A stretch of DNA of 64,000 nt from a bacterium (GTDB taxonomy: Bacteria; SAR324; NAC60-12): the NCBI GenBank assembly GCA_965205865.1, contig CBDBHR010000023.1:1-64000 (forward strand). The letters are read 5' to 3'. A model generated the notes under the pieces. The model was given only the letters and a program-made list of their open reading frames with translations. It did no database searches and had not been told where the DNA came from. Shown here in pieces: positions 1-10,996 of this stretch (the stretch's first letter is position 1; the number at the start of each line of letters is the position of its first letter). A program made the translations under genes and the position numbers.

Positions 1-982
1 TCGTGGTAGCGTTGCCGGAAGCGATCGAGTTGGCTTTTCCCGCTTTGCCGCGTTTGTCATGGATAAAATAAAAAGTCATCTGTTCTGTGGAGACCGAGTG
101 AAGCCAGCGACGTTTTTTGTTTTCAAACAGAGAGGTTTCATCAAAATGAACGAGCAGGGATTGAATCAAAGCCTGAGCCACTTGTTGTTGCAAGGGATGC
201 AACGAATGGGCTGCTTGCCGGAGGCTTTCATGAATCGTGGCTACGCTGGGAGACTGGCCGAAAAGATCTTCAAAGCATTGACGGCATCGCTCAAAGGGGA
301 GGAATTGATAGGGGTGCAGGTAAACGGCTAAGCCTTTGATTCTCGCACCATATTGAGTCGGTGCTGACACCCCTGCCGGAAACGTCGAGTGATTCAGATG
401 CTCGCAGCAGGGACAAATTTTTTGTTCCACTTGGTGTTCGGTAACCTCTCATTGCAGAGAGGGGAGATCAAACACCTGACGTTTGAGCGTGGCCTCAACC
501 GTCACCTTGGATAAATCTTCTCCACAGGCTTCACAGGTGTTGACAAAATGAGGCTCCACATGATCTGGCGATTCACTGAAAGCCAAATGATAGCCTTGAT
601 GACCGGGTTGACCTCCCACGATATTGTTTAATCGATCGTGTGGGAACCCTCCGCGAGAGCGACCCCTGCTTTTACCTGAACTTTTGCTCTTGCGACTTGC
701 ATCGCTGGATGGTGGCTTACTCGAGTTTTGGCTGTTGAGAGCCAACTGATCCCGGAGTTGCTTATTTTCTGCTTCGAGAGCTTCAATACGCTTATTTTCT
801 GTCTCGAGAACTTCAATACGTTTGAGGAGTTCTAAGCGCTCTTGCTTCCATTGCTCACGTTCTTTTTCAAAGAGTTGACATGCTTCTTGAAGAGCCTCGA
901 GGTGGGGAGTCGATGAAATGGAAGCAATATATTTTTGAACTTTCGAAAGCATAAAATCCTTTCTGGATTTTATGCAAGGCAA
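1..982 (-). pseudogene. IS66 transposase, interrupted
   Basis: Motifs LNSQNSSKPPSSD, GGQPGHQG, CEACG and RQVFDLP, then an in-frame TGA at 451-449. The frame continues EVTEHQ...CPCC...QYG...HFDET...WLH, with an apparent internal deletion near position 40. Confidence 0.85.
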
Positions 983-1030
983 AATCCGTGCTTAAATCGA
1001 AGGGGTCTCTAAAGATACCTGAATAGTTAC
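1..1030 (-). mobile_element. IS66-family element (ISBst12-like), left part; runs off the window
   Basis: Minus-strand terminus GTAACTATTCAGGT at 1030-1017, followed by an IS66-type transposase ORF. Confidence 0.8.
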
Positions 1031-1048
1031 ATTTTATTTTTATATAAC

Positions 1049-2800
1049 CCTAAGTTGAGCGATTCGTAATAAAAAAAGCTCCCAACCTTGGGAAAAATGT
1101 GTTATATTTCAGTGGTTAAAATAAAAAAATTCACAAAATCTAACACAACCCAACAGGTAGAGAGCTTTATGGAAAAAAATATAACAGTTCAGGATAAAAA
1201 GAAACAGATAATTGATGCCATTCAGCCAACCGATGAACACTTGACAAGTCGTGCCGGATTGGCCTTGTTTGCCCAGTATCTGCAAAGCATTCGGCTGATG
1301 CCGATCATCGAAAGGTTGTTTGGTTCGATGCGTAAAAATAAAAAAGGAATTGCTGTCTCTGATTTTTTTGTGCAGATCCTCTGTTTTTTCATGGACGGTA
1401 GCAGCCGTCATCTCAGTTGGTTCGATCACCTCAAAAGGGGCGAGGGTTATGCCGCCTTGCTGTCATGCAGTGAGCAAGACCTTGCCTCCTCGCATGCCGT
1501 GAAAAGATTTTTTGGAAAGTTCTCTTTTGTACGAGTCTACCTGTTTCGTCATCTGCTGCAGATACTGTTTATCTGGAGACTGAAGAAGACTTGTCCAACG
1601 GTGATTGTGTTGGGTCTGGATTCGATGGTACTTGATAATGATGATGCCCTGAAACGCCATGGTGTCCAGCCGACTTACAAGATGGTCAAAGGATTTCATC
1701 CCCTGCAGATGAATTGGGGTCGTTATATGGTTGACGCAGTTTTTCGCGGAGGTAGCAAACATTCGAATCACGGGAAAACTGTTCAGAATATGCTGGTTCA
1801 TATCGTGAAAAGGATTCGCCGCCAATACCGAGATGATGTACCAATCATGGTGCGCATGGACACCGGTTTTTTTGACGAAAAAATCTTTGAAACCTGTGAA
1901 CGACTGAACATCGGTTAGCTGAAGCGGAGGAAAGTCCTATGCCAATGTGAGGAATGCTGCGGAAGAAGCCACTGACTGGCAGACCTTCACTTCATCGGGC
2001 AAGAAGGAGATCTGGCAGTACACCGAGTTTAAGAGCCAGCAGGGGACATGGAAGAAGGCTCGTCGCACGATCTACAGCCGCTTGATTGAACACGATAGCC
2101 AACTCTCTTTGCCGGGTTTGGATCATGATGGCGTGATCATTACGAACCTTGGTATGGGAGAGGCCATTGATGGCCAACTCAGCCAAGCCGCTGAAGAAAA
2201 GCGCATCGATGCTCATAGCATCCTTGGCTCGTACCACGGACGGGGAAAGGATGAACTGGCCAACCGGGCGCTGAAAAACTTTGGTCATCAACAACTTCCC
2301 TTCAAGGACTTCATTTCCAATACCGCATGGTACTATCTGATGCTGCTTGGCAATAACCTCTTCGAATCCTTCAAAGAAGATGTCAGCAAGCCAGTGATTG
2401 CGGTAACGATGTATGCTGATACCTTCCGGCGCCAGTTTCTTGATACGGCAGGCAAACTGCTTCGTCATGCCGGAAAACTGATCTTGAAAATACCAAAAAA
2501 GACCTTTGAGCGCTTGCAATTGGACCAACTATTTGCCACCTGCCAGCACGCATTGGCGCCAATCTGATCAACGGGTTTCGCTTCAATTAAAAAACAAAAA
2601 CATTAAAGTTTAAGGGGATAAGTGCGTCCAAAACATGAGAAATGAAGACCTTCCACATCTGAAAACAGCATTTTGATGCTCATTCTCACTCAAACATCCA
2701 TGGATTTGATGATCAAAATCTGATTTCAGAATGATTGCCTTTCTCAGGCAAAAAAATCATCTTGAAAATCTGATCCTTTTTTAGAATCGCTCAATTTGGG
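1049..2800 (+). mobile_element. IS1380-family element
   Basis: Terminal IRs CCTAAGTTGAGCGATTC / GAATCGCTCAATTTGGG (15/17 match); 5-bp TSD ATAAC at 1044-1048 and 2801-2805. Confidence 0.85.
1169..2567 (+). pseudogene. IS1380 transposase split by a stop and frameshift at ~1916-1925
   Basis: LTSRAGL, LDSMV, GFHPL, VRMDTGFF and YHGRG motifs spread over two ORFs (1088-1918 and 1947-2567). Confidence 0.85.
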
Positions 2801-2980
2801 ATAACCTTTCAGATGATCTAACGCAAGAAAATTATACTTCTAAGATGAGAAGCAATTTGTTGGTATGATTTTTTTGCGACTGAACCGTTAACATTCTGGG
2901 CATACGAAAATTCAGTTTACTCGAATCTTCCACCTTGACAAGTTACATGTATTCTTGCGACAATTGACGCATGCATCAAC

Positions 2981-3145
2981 TAAGGCGATTTCCTGCAAAG
3001 AATTTACCAGTCCTGTTGGTCTTTTTTTTAGATCTTCGGCGTTATCGCTCCAGTTACATAGCGAGCTATGCGCCCTTCGCGATGCCTTGAAGCTCTAAAA
3101 AATTCCGGCACAATCTTGGTAAATTCATTCTTGAAAATCACCTAA
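2981..3145. repeat. MITE-like element with ~30-bp imperfect terminal inverted repeats
   Basis: TAAGGCGATTTCCTGCAAAGAATTTACCAG versus reverse complement TTAGGTGATTTTCAAGAATGAATTTACCAAG; non-coding internal hairpin. Confidence 0.6.
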
Positions 3146-3337
3146 AACTGGAGAAAAACATGCATTCACGAAATTTAAAATTACTCAAAGCCTCAGGGAT
3201 GGATGAACGTACGGGATTCACTCCCATTCATATTGTCAAAGCAGCTCGAAGCGGTGCTATGATGCGGTGGGGAGAATATCCTTTTTCCGGAAAAGAATTC
3301 AGAGAAGATTTCGCTTTTAAGCATGATTTAAGCGATT

Positions 3338-3494
3338 TTGACTCTCTACGAACTTGAATACAGTTTTGAGAACGCACCGGAAAAGAAAAAACCAGCTATC
3401 AGATCAGTCATTCAAGAAATAGAGCAAAGCGGAATCTTTCAGATAATACCTCTCTTAAATAAATCCGCTTCGACTTTTGGGAAACTGAAAACAT
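3338..3494 (+). pseudogene. PIN/VapC toxin fragment cut by the ISL3 end
   Basis: LTLYELEY...IIPL...ASTFGKLK resembles the middle of a PIN domain. Confidence 0.45.
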
Positions 3495-3830
3495 GGCTCT
3501 TTGAGATTTCCCGTGGTTAAAAAATGATGAAAAATCAACTATATAGTTCAAAGCCGACCGGATCGAGATGGATTCTTTGGAACAGTTTTACGGTATTTAA
3601 AATCCCATAACATCTTCGTTTGATCACTTTAATTTTGTTATTGAAGCCTTCGACAAATCCACTGCTATGGCGATGCTTGAAATAATTGAGGATGGAGTCA
3701 TAATGATTTTCTAGAGTTGTGAGAAAGGGATCGAAACAAGTCAGTTCTCTCGCTTTGACCTTTTTCATCCAGAGTTTTATATTTCGATCCGCTTTTGAAC
3801 GTGAGGGAGTTTGCACAAAAATCCGCGTTA
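3495..3830 (-). mobile_element. ISL3-family remnant (transposase C-terminus plus right end)
   Basis: ILNYF...SSGFVEGFNNKIKVIKRRCYG motif; GGCTCT terminus at 3495. Confidence 0.8.
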
Positions 3831-3952
3831 ATATTTTTGAAATACGAACATTTTATTTTCTTCCCTCTTGCGTTCAGAATCTCACTTTGTTCAATCTTGG
3901 CTACAATCGTACCGTCGATATCGAGATGCGCCGGACCTGGCGTTCCAGGAAA

Positions 3953-4122
3953 TTAAATAGATCCATCCCCTTTTTTCTCTGCTTCGGAGCCTATTTCAGA
4001 ACGGACGAAGCCTGGACAAATAAGACTGACAGATATAAAATCAGGGACCTCTCCGGCAAGTGCTTCTGTCAGGGAAAAAACCGCGTGTTTGGAAGACATA
4101 TAGGGAGAGACAAGCTGATGAT
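3953..4122 (-). pseudogene. SDR C-terminal fragment (not in the ORF track)
   Basis: Reads SPYMSSKHAVFSLTEALAGEVPDFISVSLICPGFVRSEI, with YxxxK and CPGxVxT/S motifs. Confidence 0.6.
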
Positions 4123-4266
4123 ATCGCGCCAGGGGCGATTGTGGCCGGTCAGCTTCTTCCGCAAATAGCTATCCATTTTTTGTGTATACTGGTATCAATA
4201 GCTATAGAAGGATTTAGAAGAATCGTAATTGAGAAAAAGTTGAGCCTGCTCCAAGGAGAATCGACC

Positions 4267-4503
4267 ATGACAAAGAAAACAATTGACGTTCATGAAGTAA
4301 AACCAGACTTTAAAGAACTGCTATCATTAGTAGGGAAAGGAACAGAAATTATCTTGACTGAAGGAGATACGCCTTTGGCTCGGATAACCCCTGTTAAGAC
4401 ATCTTCAACATCTCGTATTCCCGGATTGCATACCGGGGCAATTTGGACGAGTGCAGATTTCGATACCCCCTTATCGGATGAATTTTGGACAGGAACTACA
4501 TGA
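4267..4503 (+). CDS. Phd/YefM-type antitoxin
   Basis: MTKKTIDVHEVK...IILTEGDTPLARI...PGLHTG..W.SADFD.PL; GGAG RBS; ATGA overlap with the PIN toxin. Confidence 0.85.
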   Translation: MTKKTIDVHEVKPDFKELLSLVGKGTEIILTEGDTPLARITPVKTSSTSRIPGLHTGAIWTSADFDTPLSDEFWTGTT

Positions 4504-4898
4504 AAGTGTTATTGGATACACACACATTTATTTGGTGGGATAGTGAACCAGAGAAACTTTCTTCAACGGTTTTGACGCTGTGCCGAGATCGAACGAATAT
4601 TCTTCTTTTAAGTATGGCAAGCGTTTGGGAAATGCAAATCAAGCTTCAATTAGGAAAACTGAAACTCAATCTACCTTTGGCAGAAATAATTGAAAATCAA
4701 CGACAGACCAATAATATTGAGATCTTGCCCATTGGTCTAACGCATGTCTTAGCATTAGACAGTTTGCCTTCCCATCATAAAGATCCATTTGATCGTCTAT
4801 TGATCGCACAAGCAAATGTAGAAGACACTATCTTAGTGAGCCGTGATCCAGTATTTACCCATTATCCGGTTGAAGTCGTATGGGAAAACTTTCCATAA
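4500..4898 (+). CDS. vapC: VapC PIN-domain toxin
   Basis: LLDTHTFIW, SMASVWE and HKDPFDRLLIAQA motifs. Confidence 0.9.
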   Translation: MKVLLDTHTFIWWDSEPEKLSSTVLTLCRDRTNILLLSMASVWEMQIKLQLGKLKLNLPLAEIIENQRQTNNIEILPIGLTHVLALDSLPSHHKDPFDRLLIAQANVEDTILVSRDPVFTHYPVEVVWENFP

Positions 4899-4977
4899 GA
4901 CAGTCAGCCCAACCAGTGTGTGGAACGAGTGAATCTCAGTCATCCCCTTGGGCGCCTAACAATTCCTTATGGCCATT

Positions 4978-6063
4978 CTAAGGATTTCCTCCAGAGAGAA
5001 GGACATTCACCAATTGGTCACGGACCCCGTAGGGGTCGAAGAGGGCTTCTACCTGAGCCCAAGTGGTGGGATCTACAGGGATGCCCTGGGCCAATCGCTC
5101 TTGGCGGGTATTGGCGGATCTTTCCCCCGGAAAGAAAACCCCGCTTGATCCTTCCATCGGGGGGGTGTCTTGAAGGTATCTCATCATCTGTTGGACCTCG
5201 GCCCGGATGGTTTCCAGGGGCGCCATGCGGCCTATGTCGATGGCGAGTATCGTGGATCCTTCACACATTTCCGCCATATAAGTCTTTCCTTGAGGGACAG
5301 CAATCTGGCCAAGAAGTCCCCCGAAAAGCGCGATCATTACCGAGAGCGCATATCCCTTGTAGCCGCCTTGCATGCCACCGACGGGAAATTGCGCACCCCC
5401 ATCGTAGAAATCGTTCGGGTTCCTACTGGGGACCCCATGCTTATCAATGATCCAAGTATCCGGAAGCTCCTGTTCCTTGTTACGGTATACCCGTATCTTA
5501 CCCTCAGAGGTGATCGAGGTAGAAATATCAAGCAGGACCGGGGCGCCTTCGGCATGAGGAAATGCCATCGCTAAAGGGTTCGAACCGAGTCGGCCCTCGC
5601 GTCCTCCAAAGGGAACCAGGGGGGCCCACGGTTTTCCCGCCCAGCCCGTAAACATGATGGCAGCCAGGCCGGCCGCTGCTGCCATTTCAGGGTAGGTTCC
5701 GATTCGACCCGTATGAGTCAGGTTTCCCATACTAACCAAGCTGACTCCATGATCACGAGCCTTCTCGATCGCCATTTCGGTCGCTCGCGTGGCAACCACC
5801 TGTCCGAAGGTAGAATGGCCATCAACCTGGAGGATCGCCCCATGGTCGCCAACGACTTCCGGCTCTGCCCTTGGATCGACAACGCCTTCCTCAATTTCTT
5901 TCAGGTACTGGGGTAGGCGAATGAACCCATGGGAATCGTATCCCACAAGATTGGCATGGGCCAGGTGGTCCGCCACGATACCGGCGTGGCCGGCCGGGGC
6001 TCCTCCCGCCTGCAACATCGCATCTGTTATCCGGACAACCTGATGTTTCGTCAATATTGGCAT
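4978..6063 (-). CDS. Ldh_2 family (malate/L-lactate/sulfolactate-type) oxidoreductase, copy 1
   Basis: GYDSHG, HTGRIG, SNPLA and YKGYAL motifs. Confidence 0.9.
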   Translation of the reverse strand: MPILTKHQVVRITDAMLQAGGAPAGHAGIVADHLAHANLVGYDSHGFIRLPQYLKEIEEGVVDPRAEPEVVGDHGAILQVDGHSTFGQVVATRATEMAIEKARDHGVSLVSMGNLTHTGRIGTYPEMAAAAGLAAIMFTGWAGKPWAPLVPFGGREGRLGSNPLAMAFPHAEGAPVLLDISTSITSEGKIRVYRNKEQELPDTWIIDKHGVPSRNPNDFYDGGAQFPVGGMQGGYKGYALSVMIALFGGLLGQIAVPQGKTYMAEMCEGSTILAIDIGRMAPLETIRAEVQQMMRYLQDTPPMEGSSGVFFPGERSANTRQERLAQGIPVDPTTWAQVEALFDPYGVRDQLVNVLLSGGNP

Positions 6064-6172
6064 AGATAGCTCCTAAGAATTCAGTTAAATGGTTCCCCTC
6101 CCCTCGTGGAACCGTACGCGGAAGCAGCCGACGTGGAACGGGGCATCAGCGGAGAGCACCCTCACTCACCCA

Positions 6173-6913
6173 TCAAACCTCTGCGGTTACTCCACCGTCA
6201 ATGACCAAATCGCTGCCGGTGACAAAAGAGGACTCGTCCGAAGCCAGGTAAAGGGCGCCGTAGGCTACGTCTTCCGGCTGGCCCAAGCGGCCCAGGGGAG
6301 TCGTGTTCAACAACTCCTGCGCTCTGTTGGCGATCATCATTGTTTCGATGTTGGCCGCAAGTATGGAGTTGACGCGGATACCTTCCCTGGCGTATTGAAT
6401 AGCGGTGGACTTGGTCAAACTACGCATCGCAGACTTGGACATGCCGTAGGTGCACGACGTCACCTTGTCGCCCATTCCCAGCGCAGCAATAGAAGCGTTG
6501 TTGATTATGGAGCCGCCACCCGCTTTCCGCATCTCGGGTATAGCGTGTTTTGTCCCCAGAAACGCACCCTTGGCATTTATATCCAAATCCTGATCCCACT
6601 GCTCGCTGGTGATCTCCTCCACCAGAGCGAATCGGCAAGTACCAGCATTGTTCACCAGAACGTTCAGTTTCCCGAAGCGGGCGACCGTGGACGCCACGGC
6701 TTGCTGCCACTCGGCCTCGCTGGTGACGTCCAACCGGACGAAGAGGCACTCGCCACCAGTTTCATTAATTTCGGTCTCGGTCTGACGCCCTTCTTCTTCC
6801 AGCACGTCTCCAATGACCACTTTGGCCCCTTCCCCGGCAAACAGCGTGGCCATCGCTGCGCCCAGGCCCCTGGCTCCCCCGCTGATAAAAGCGACCTTGT
6901 CTTTCAGTCTCAT
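6173..6913 (-). CDS. Classical short-chain dehydrogenase/reductase
   Basis: SGGARGLG, NNAG, YGMSK and TGSDLVIDGG motifs. Confidence 0.92.
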   Translation of the reverse strand: MRLKDKVAFISGGARGLGAAMATLFAGEGAKVVIGDVLEEEGRQTETEINETGGECLFVRLDVTSEAEWQQAVASTVARFGKLNVLVNNAGTCRFALVEEITSEQWDQDLDINAKGAFLGTKHAIPEMRKAGGGSIINNASIAALGMGDKVTSCTYGMSKSAMRSLTKSTAIQYAREGIRVNSILAANIETMMIANRAQELLNTTPLGRLGQPEDVAYGALYLASDESSFVTGSDLVIDGGVTAEV

Positions 6914-7067
6914 GGTTTCCCTCTTTTATTGATGATTGATGGTAGTTTGTCTCCCCGCTAACCAGCCGTGTTCATGTCCGCGATCCGTCTTAAATGTTGT
7001 CCCTGTGTGTTATTGTCATAAGAAGCTCGCCCATCCCAGGGAGTGGACTGTGAATGCCTTCTTTGGT

Positions 7068-7733
7068 TTACCCACCAGTGACCCAGTCCACACCATTCAG
7101 AACGATCTTCTGAAACTCCGCGGTCTGGCAACTCTGCCCATCATGCCCCAGCAATAAAACGAAGACTTTTCCATCGCCATACTTGCGAGTCCATCCTAAG
7201 GGATAGGCCCCTCCCGGAATATCTTCAGTTGTACCAGTGATGAAGACATCGTTATCGTCTCTGCACCCCATGCCCATGTAAAGTTCATCGTTTGTCGTGA
7301 AGTCTGCTACGCCGTGGACCCCCGGATGTTTCGGGTCGCTCACGTTCACGAGGACCTTGCCGTAAGGTGAATGGTGGCTTTTATAGTCGATCCAGCCTCC
7401 GCCGGTAATGTCGTGGTAATCTGGCCAGCTTAAATCCAGATAACAGGCGATGTGGAGACAGACGAGGCCTTTACCTGAGCTTATAAATTCTTTTATCCCA
7501 ACTTGTTCCTTTTCGGACCAGTTAAAAAGTCCGTGGTTGAAACAAAAGATGGATTCCCGTTTCGTATTGAAGACCAGCGCATCGTAGCTTTTCATGTTGA
7601 CAGGCTCTCTAAGGACGGAAGCGTCTTCCGTAACGCTAACATCATGACCGGCCGCCTTCAGAAAATTTTCAATAATGGGTGTGGTTACCACAAAGGGGTG
7701 GTCCATCCCCCCGGAAATCATCTGTAGCTTCAT
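7068..7733 (-). CDS. ThuA-like (class I glutamine amidotransferase-like) protein A
   Basis: GKGLVCLH, HP, DELY, WTR.YG.GKVF..LLGH pattern. Confidence 0.8.
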   Translation of the reverse strand: MKLQMISGGMDHPFVVTTPIIENFLKAAGHDVSVTEDASVLREPVNMKSYDALVFNTKRESIFCFNHGLFNWSEKEQVGIKEFISSGKGLVCLHIACYLDLSWPDYHDITGGGWIDYKSHHSPYGKVLVNVSDPKHPGVHGVADFTTNDELYMGMGCRDDNDVFITGTTEDIPGGAYPLGWTRKYGDGKVFVLLLGHDGQSCQTAEFQKIVLNGVDWVTGG

Positions 7734-7819
7734 TGATTACCTCCTAAAATTGTTTGATCGTATAGCAAGCGTGATAGTCTATGTCAGAAGCCTTGGAACC
7801 GTAGGGCAAAATTCGTAAG

Positions 7820-8848
7820 TTAGTTGGGCAGCAAGGCCACGGAACGGACCTCGCCAAACTCCTTTTGCAGCTTTTGCCAGGAATCACCCCCGTCTTCGCT
7901 CACGTACACATAGCCGTAGAAGCTGGCCGCGACAATTACGTTGGGCCGCTCCTTGTGAGTGGCTATCCCATAGATATGCGAGTTGGGCTCTACCGGCAGG
8001 GACACCGGTTGCCAACTTTTCCCGGCATCCTGGGTGCGCTGCACGGCATCGGTGACACCGGGAATAGTGTCGCCGTTGCCTACAAACATGACATCGGGGT
8101 TATCAGCTTTGATGACCATGCCGCGGCAGTAGGACCCTTGGTCCGCTTCATGGAACTTGGGGAAATTGTGGTAATCCCAGCTTTCGCCTTCGTCGTGGCT
8201 GGTGGCGATCCCAAAGGGCGAGGTACAGTAGACTGCGGAATGGGCGCCAGTCTTCAGAGTCATACTGTGAATGTCGCCATGGAAGGGGTTAGGCCCCAGT
8301 TCGGGAAGGTGGACCCAGTTGTCTCCGCCATCCAGGCTCTTGTAAACCCCGTCAACCTCCATGCCAGCCCAGATGGTGTGGTTGTCCCTGGGATCTACCA
8401 TCATGCAGGTGGTGCGCGGCGGCGAGTCAGGAAGTACTGGAGACAGGGGGCTCTTCATGTTTACGCCCATATGAAGCTTTCTCCAAGTCCTCCCCCCATC
8501 CCTGGAGCGGAATCCCTCGGGTCGCGTGCCCACGAACAGGGTGTCCGGGTCCGTGGGATCTACAGTCACCGACCAGATTTCAAAGCCCGCTATGGGGGCA
8601 TCCAGGTTTTCCCAGGTCGTGCCGCCGTCTTCGCTGCGGAAAACTCCCACTTGGGATGAGGGTAATAATTGATGACCATCAACACCGGCCAATACCCGCC
8701 GGGGGCTGGCCGGATCCACGCACAACGCCCTGACGTTGGACTCATGCCAGATAGGCTGATAGATTGGGGTCCAGGATTGACCGCCGTCGGCACTCACGTT
8801 CAGCCCTTGACCGACGGTGCCGATGAGGATTGTGTAATTTTTTGCCAT
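7820..8848 (-). CDS. BNR/Asp-box beta-propeller protein, copy 1
   Basis: Seven S-x-D-G-G-x-T/S-W Asp-box repeats; no signal peptide. Confidence 0.85.
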   Translation of the reverse strand: MAKNYTILIGTVGQGLNVSADGGQSWTPIYQPIWHESNVRALCVDPASPRRVLAGVDGHQLLPSSQVGVFRSEDGGTTWENLDAPIAGFEIWSVTVDPTDPDTLFVGTRPEGFRSRDGGRTWRKLHMGVNMKSPLSPVLPDSPPRTTCMMVDPRDNHTIWAGMEVDGVYKSLDGGDNWVHLPELGPNPFHGDIHSMTLKTGAHSAVYCTSPFGIATSHDEGESWDYHNFPKFHEADQGSYCRGMVIKADNPDVMFVGNGDTIPGVTDAVQRTQDAGKSWQPVSLPVEPNSHIYGIATHKERPNVIVAASFYGYVYVSEDGGDSWQKLQKEFGEVRSVALLPN

Positions 8849-8872
8849 GTCGCGTCTCCTTTCTAAAAATCA

Positions 8873-9817
8873 TTAAGCTCTCTTTTGGAGAGACCTCGCC
8901 TGAGACCCGCCATAGCGCCCTGCAGCGCCTCGCAACCGGGGGTCGAGCAAATCCCTGAGGGCGTCGCCGAACAAGTTGAGGCCGTAGACGACAATCATCA
9001 AAGCAAGACCAGGCCAGACAGACATCAAAGGAGCGAGGAACATATAAGAGCGTCCGGAGCCACTGAGCATCCCTCCCCAGGTAGGCTCCGGGGGGGGGAT
9101 GCCCAAACCCAGGAAGCTGAGGGCGGCTTCCCCTAAAATCATACTCGGCATCTGTGCCGAAAATAGGATGATGATGGTAGGCATAATATTGGGCAGGATA
9201 TGTCGGGTTATGATATTCGTAGTCGGACTGCCAATCGCCACCGCCGCATTGACATACGTATTCTCTCTAATTGCGATAACGGCGCTTCTCATGACCCTTG
9301 AAACACCAATACCTTGTACCAACCCCATCGCGATAATCAGCTGCCACATCCCTGGCCCCACGATAGAGACAGCAAATAAGAAAATGATAAACGGGGGAAA
9401 GCAAATCCAGCCATCCACAAACCGCTGCACCACCATATTGAACTTACTGCCGAAAAACCCGGAAGGAACTCCGATCAATAAGGCAATCAGTATCGCCAGA
9501 GTAGTCGCCCCGAGACCGACAATCATCGAGATACGAGCCCCAAAGACAATACGGCTATAAATGTCCTGCCCCAGGTTATCCGCCCCGAGGAAATACTTGG
9601 TTGAGGGGGGATGCAGGTAATCTCTGGGGTGAATGTCGTTCACTCCGTAAAGAGCTAGCCAATCGGCAAAAATACCAGTAAAAAGAAAGAGCAGCAGGAT
9701 AATCCCCCCAATAAGACCCAGGGGTTGCTCCTTGACCAGCCTGGTCAAGAACACCGTCGGCCTGGCACGTCGCCTGGGCTCCCTGATTTCGGGCGGGATT
9801 TCCAGGGTATCATTCAA
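8873..9817 (-). CDS. ABC transporter permease (DppC/OppC-like)
   Basis: LGADNLGQD, EAA-like loop and RHILPN motifs. Confidence 0.9.
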   Translation of the reverse strand: MNDTLEIPPEIREPRRRARPTVFLTRLVKEQPLGLIGGIILLLFLFTGIFADWLALYGVNDIHPRDYLHPPSTKYFLGADNLGQDIYSRIVFGARISMIVGLGATTLAILIALLIGVPSGFFGSKFNMVVQRFVDGWICFPPFIIFLFAVSIVGPGMWQLIIAMGLVQGIGVSRVMRSAVIAIRENTYVNAAVAIGSPTTNIITRHILPNIMPTIIILFSAQMPSMILGEAALSFLGLGIPPPEPTWGGMLSGSGRSYMFLAPLMSVWPGLALMIVVYGLNLFGDALRDLLDPRLRGAAGRYGGSQARSLQKRA

Positions 9818-9828
9818 GATCTCTCCTT

Positions 9829-10853
9829 TTATCTATACCGAATCCTGGGGTCCAGGTAGGCGTAGGTCAAGTCAATCACCAGAATGGCCAGCACCATAAT
9901 GATAGCCACAAGTATCGTTATTCCGGAGATTACGGTATAGTCTCTTTCGTTAATGGACTGTATCAATAAATGACCCAGGCCGGGCAAGCCGGATATCCTC
10001 TCTGTGATAATGGAACCCCCAATCACCCACGGTAACATATATCCGATTACGTGATAATGGAACCCCCAATCACCCACGGTAACATATATCCGATTACGGT
10101 GATCACCGGAATGAGGGCGTTGGGAAGCGCATGCCGGAGGATGACCACCTTCTCCTTGAGTCCCTTTGACCACCCAGTCCTGATGTAATCTTGCCTGAGG
10201 ATCTCCAGCATCATGGTTCGCGTCATCCTCATGACTAACCCCGACATCAGCATACCCAAAACAAGAGAGGGCACGATGAACTGCCCCAGGTTTTTAAGCG
10301 GGTCCTTAGTGAAACTGGTATACTCTATCGGTGGAGACCACCCCCACTAAATCGAGGGGAAGATTATTACCAGTGTCCCCAGCCAGAAGTCGGGCATCGC
10401 GATAGCGAGCATAGAAAAGCTGCGCGCGGTGTAGTCACCCATGGTGTTCTGCCGTATCGCTGAATAGATCCCGATAGGGAAGGCCAGGAGGACGGCTATT
10501 GTCAAAGTAAAGAGAGCAAGCTCAAAGGTTAATGGTAATCGCTTGAGTACTATCCCAGTCACAGGGAGCTGGTTCCATAGGGATAATCCAAGGTTGCCTT
10601 GAAAAAGTCCGGAAAAAGAGCCATGTTGGTCCCGAATCACTCCTAACCAGCGTCCGTATTGGACATAGTTCAGCACATCCAGTCCCAGGCGTTTTCTTAC
10701 TTCCTCTTTGTTCATATGCATGATACCAATCCCAGCTGCCATCTGGGACACTACATCGCCGGGAATTAAGCGAATAGCGAAGAACACGATGAGACTCACT
10801 ACGAATATAGTGGGTATAATCAGGAGTATTCTCCTGATGATGTAGGCTTGCAT
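9829..10853 (-). pseudogene. ABC permease (DppB/OppB-like), disrupted
   Basis: Paralog of 53300-54280; TGG>TAG at 10349-10347 and a frameshifting 47-bp tandem duplication (10004-10050 / 10051-10097). Confidence 0.9.
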
Positions 10854-10996
10854 TTTGTATCCCCTTGTTTCTCTACCCTAACCCCCCCCAATTCACAACG
10901 TTATACACAAATTCGACGGGTATTGCGGCCAAAGTCAAAAAACACCAGGCTCAACGCATTTTTTTGAATCCTGTCTAAGTTGTCATTCCCGCGCAG

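Larger units (their letters stand above)
4425..6070. repeat. Large inverted repeat, copy 1 (partner ~61973-63618)
   Basis: Mirror coordinates sum to 68043 (4978/63065, 4898/63145); near-identical sequence. Confidence 0.95.

Noticed and set aside
762-822. 30-bp tandem repeat in the IS66 transposase
   Set aside because: Encodes the ordinary coiled-coil repeat RIE.LE.ENK
1160-1171. GAGAGCTTTATG match to the dppC junction motif
   Set aside because: Only 12 bp, inside IS1380 at its RBS/start, with no extended homology; treated as chance
6089-8659. Long antisense ORFs (e.g. 6089-6961, 7865-8659, also 59013-59876 and 59904-60608)
   Set aside because: Shadow frames of GC-rich genes, with no recognisable motifs
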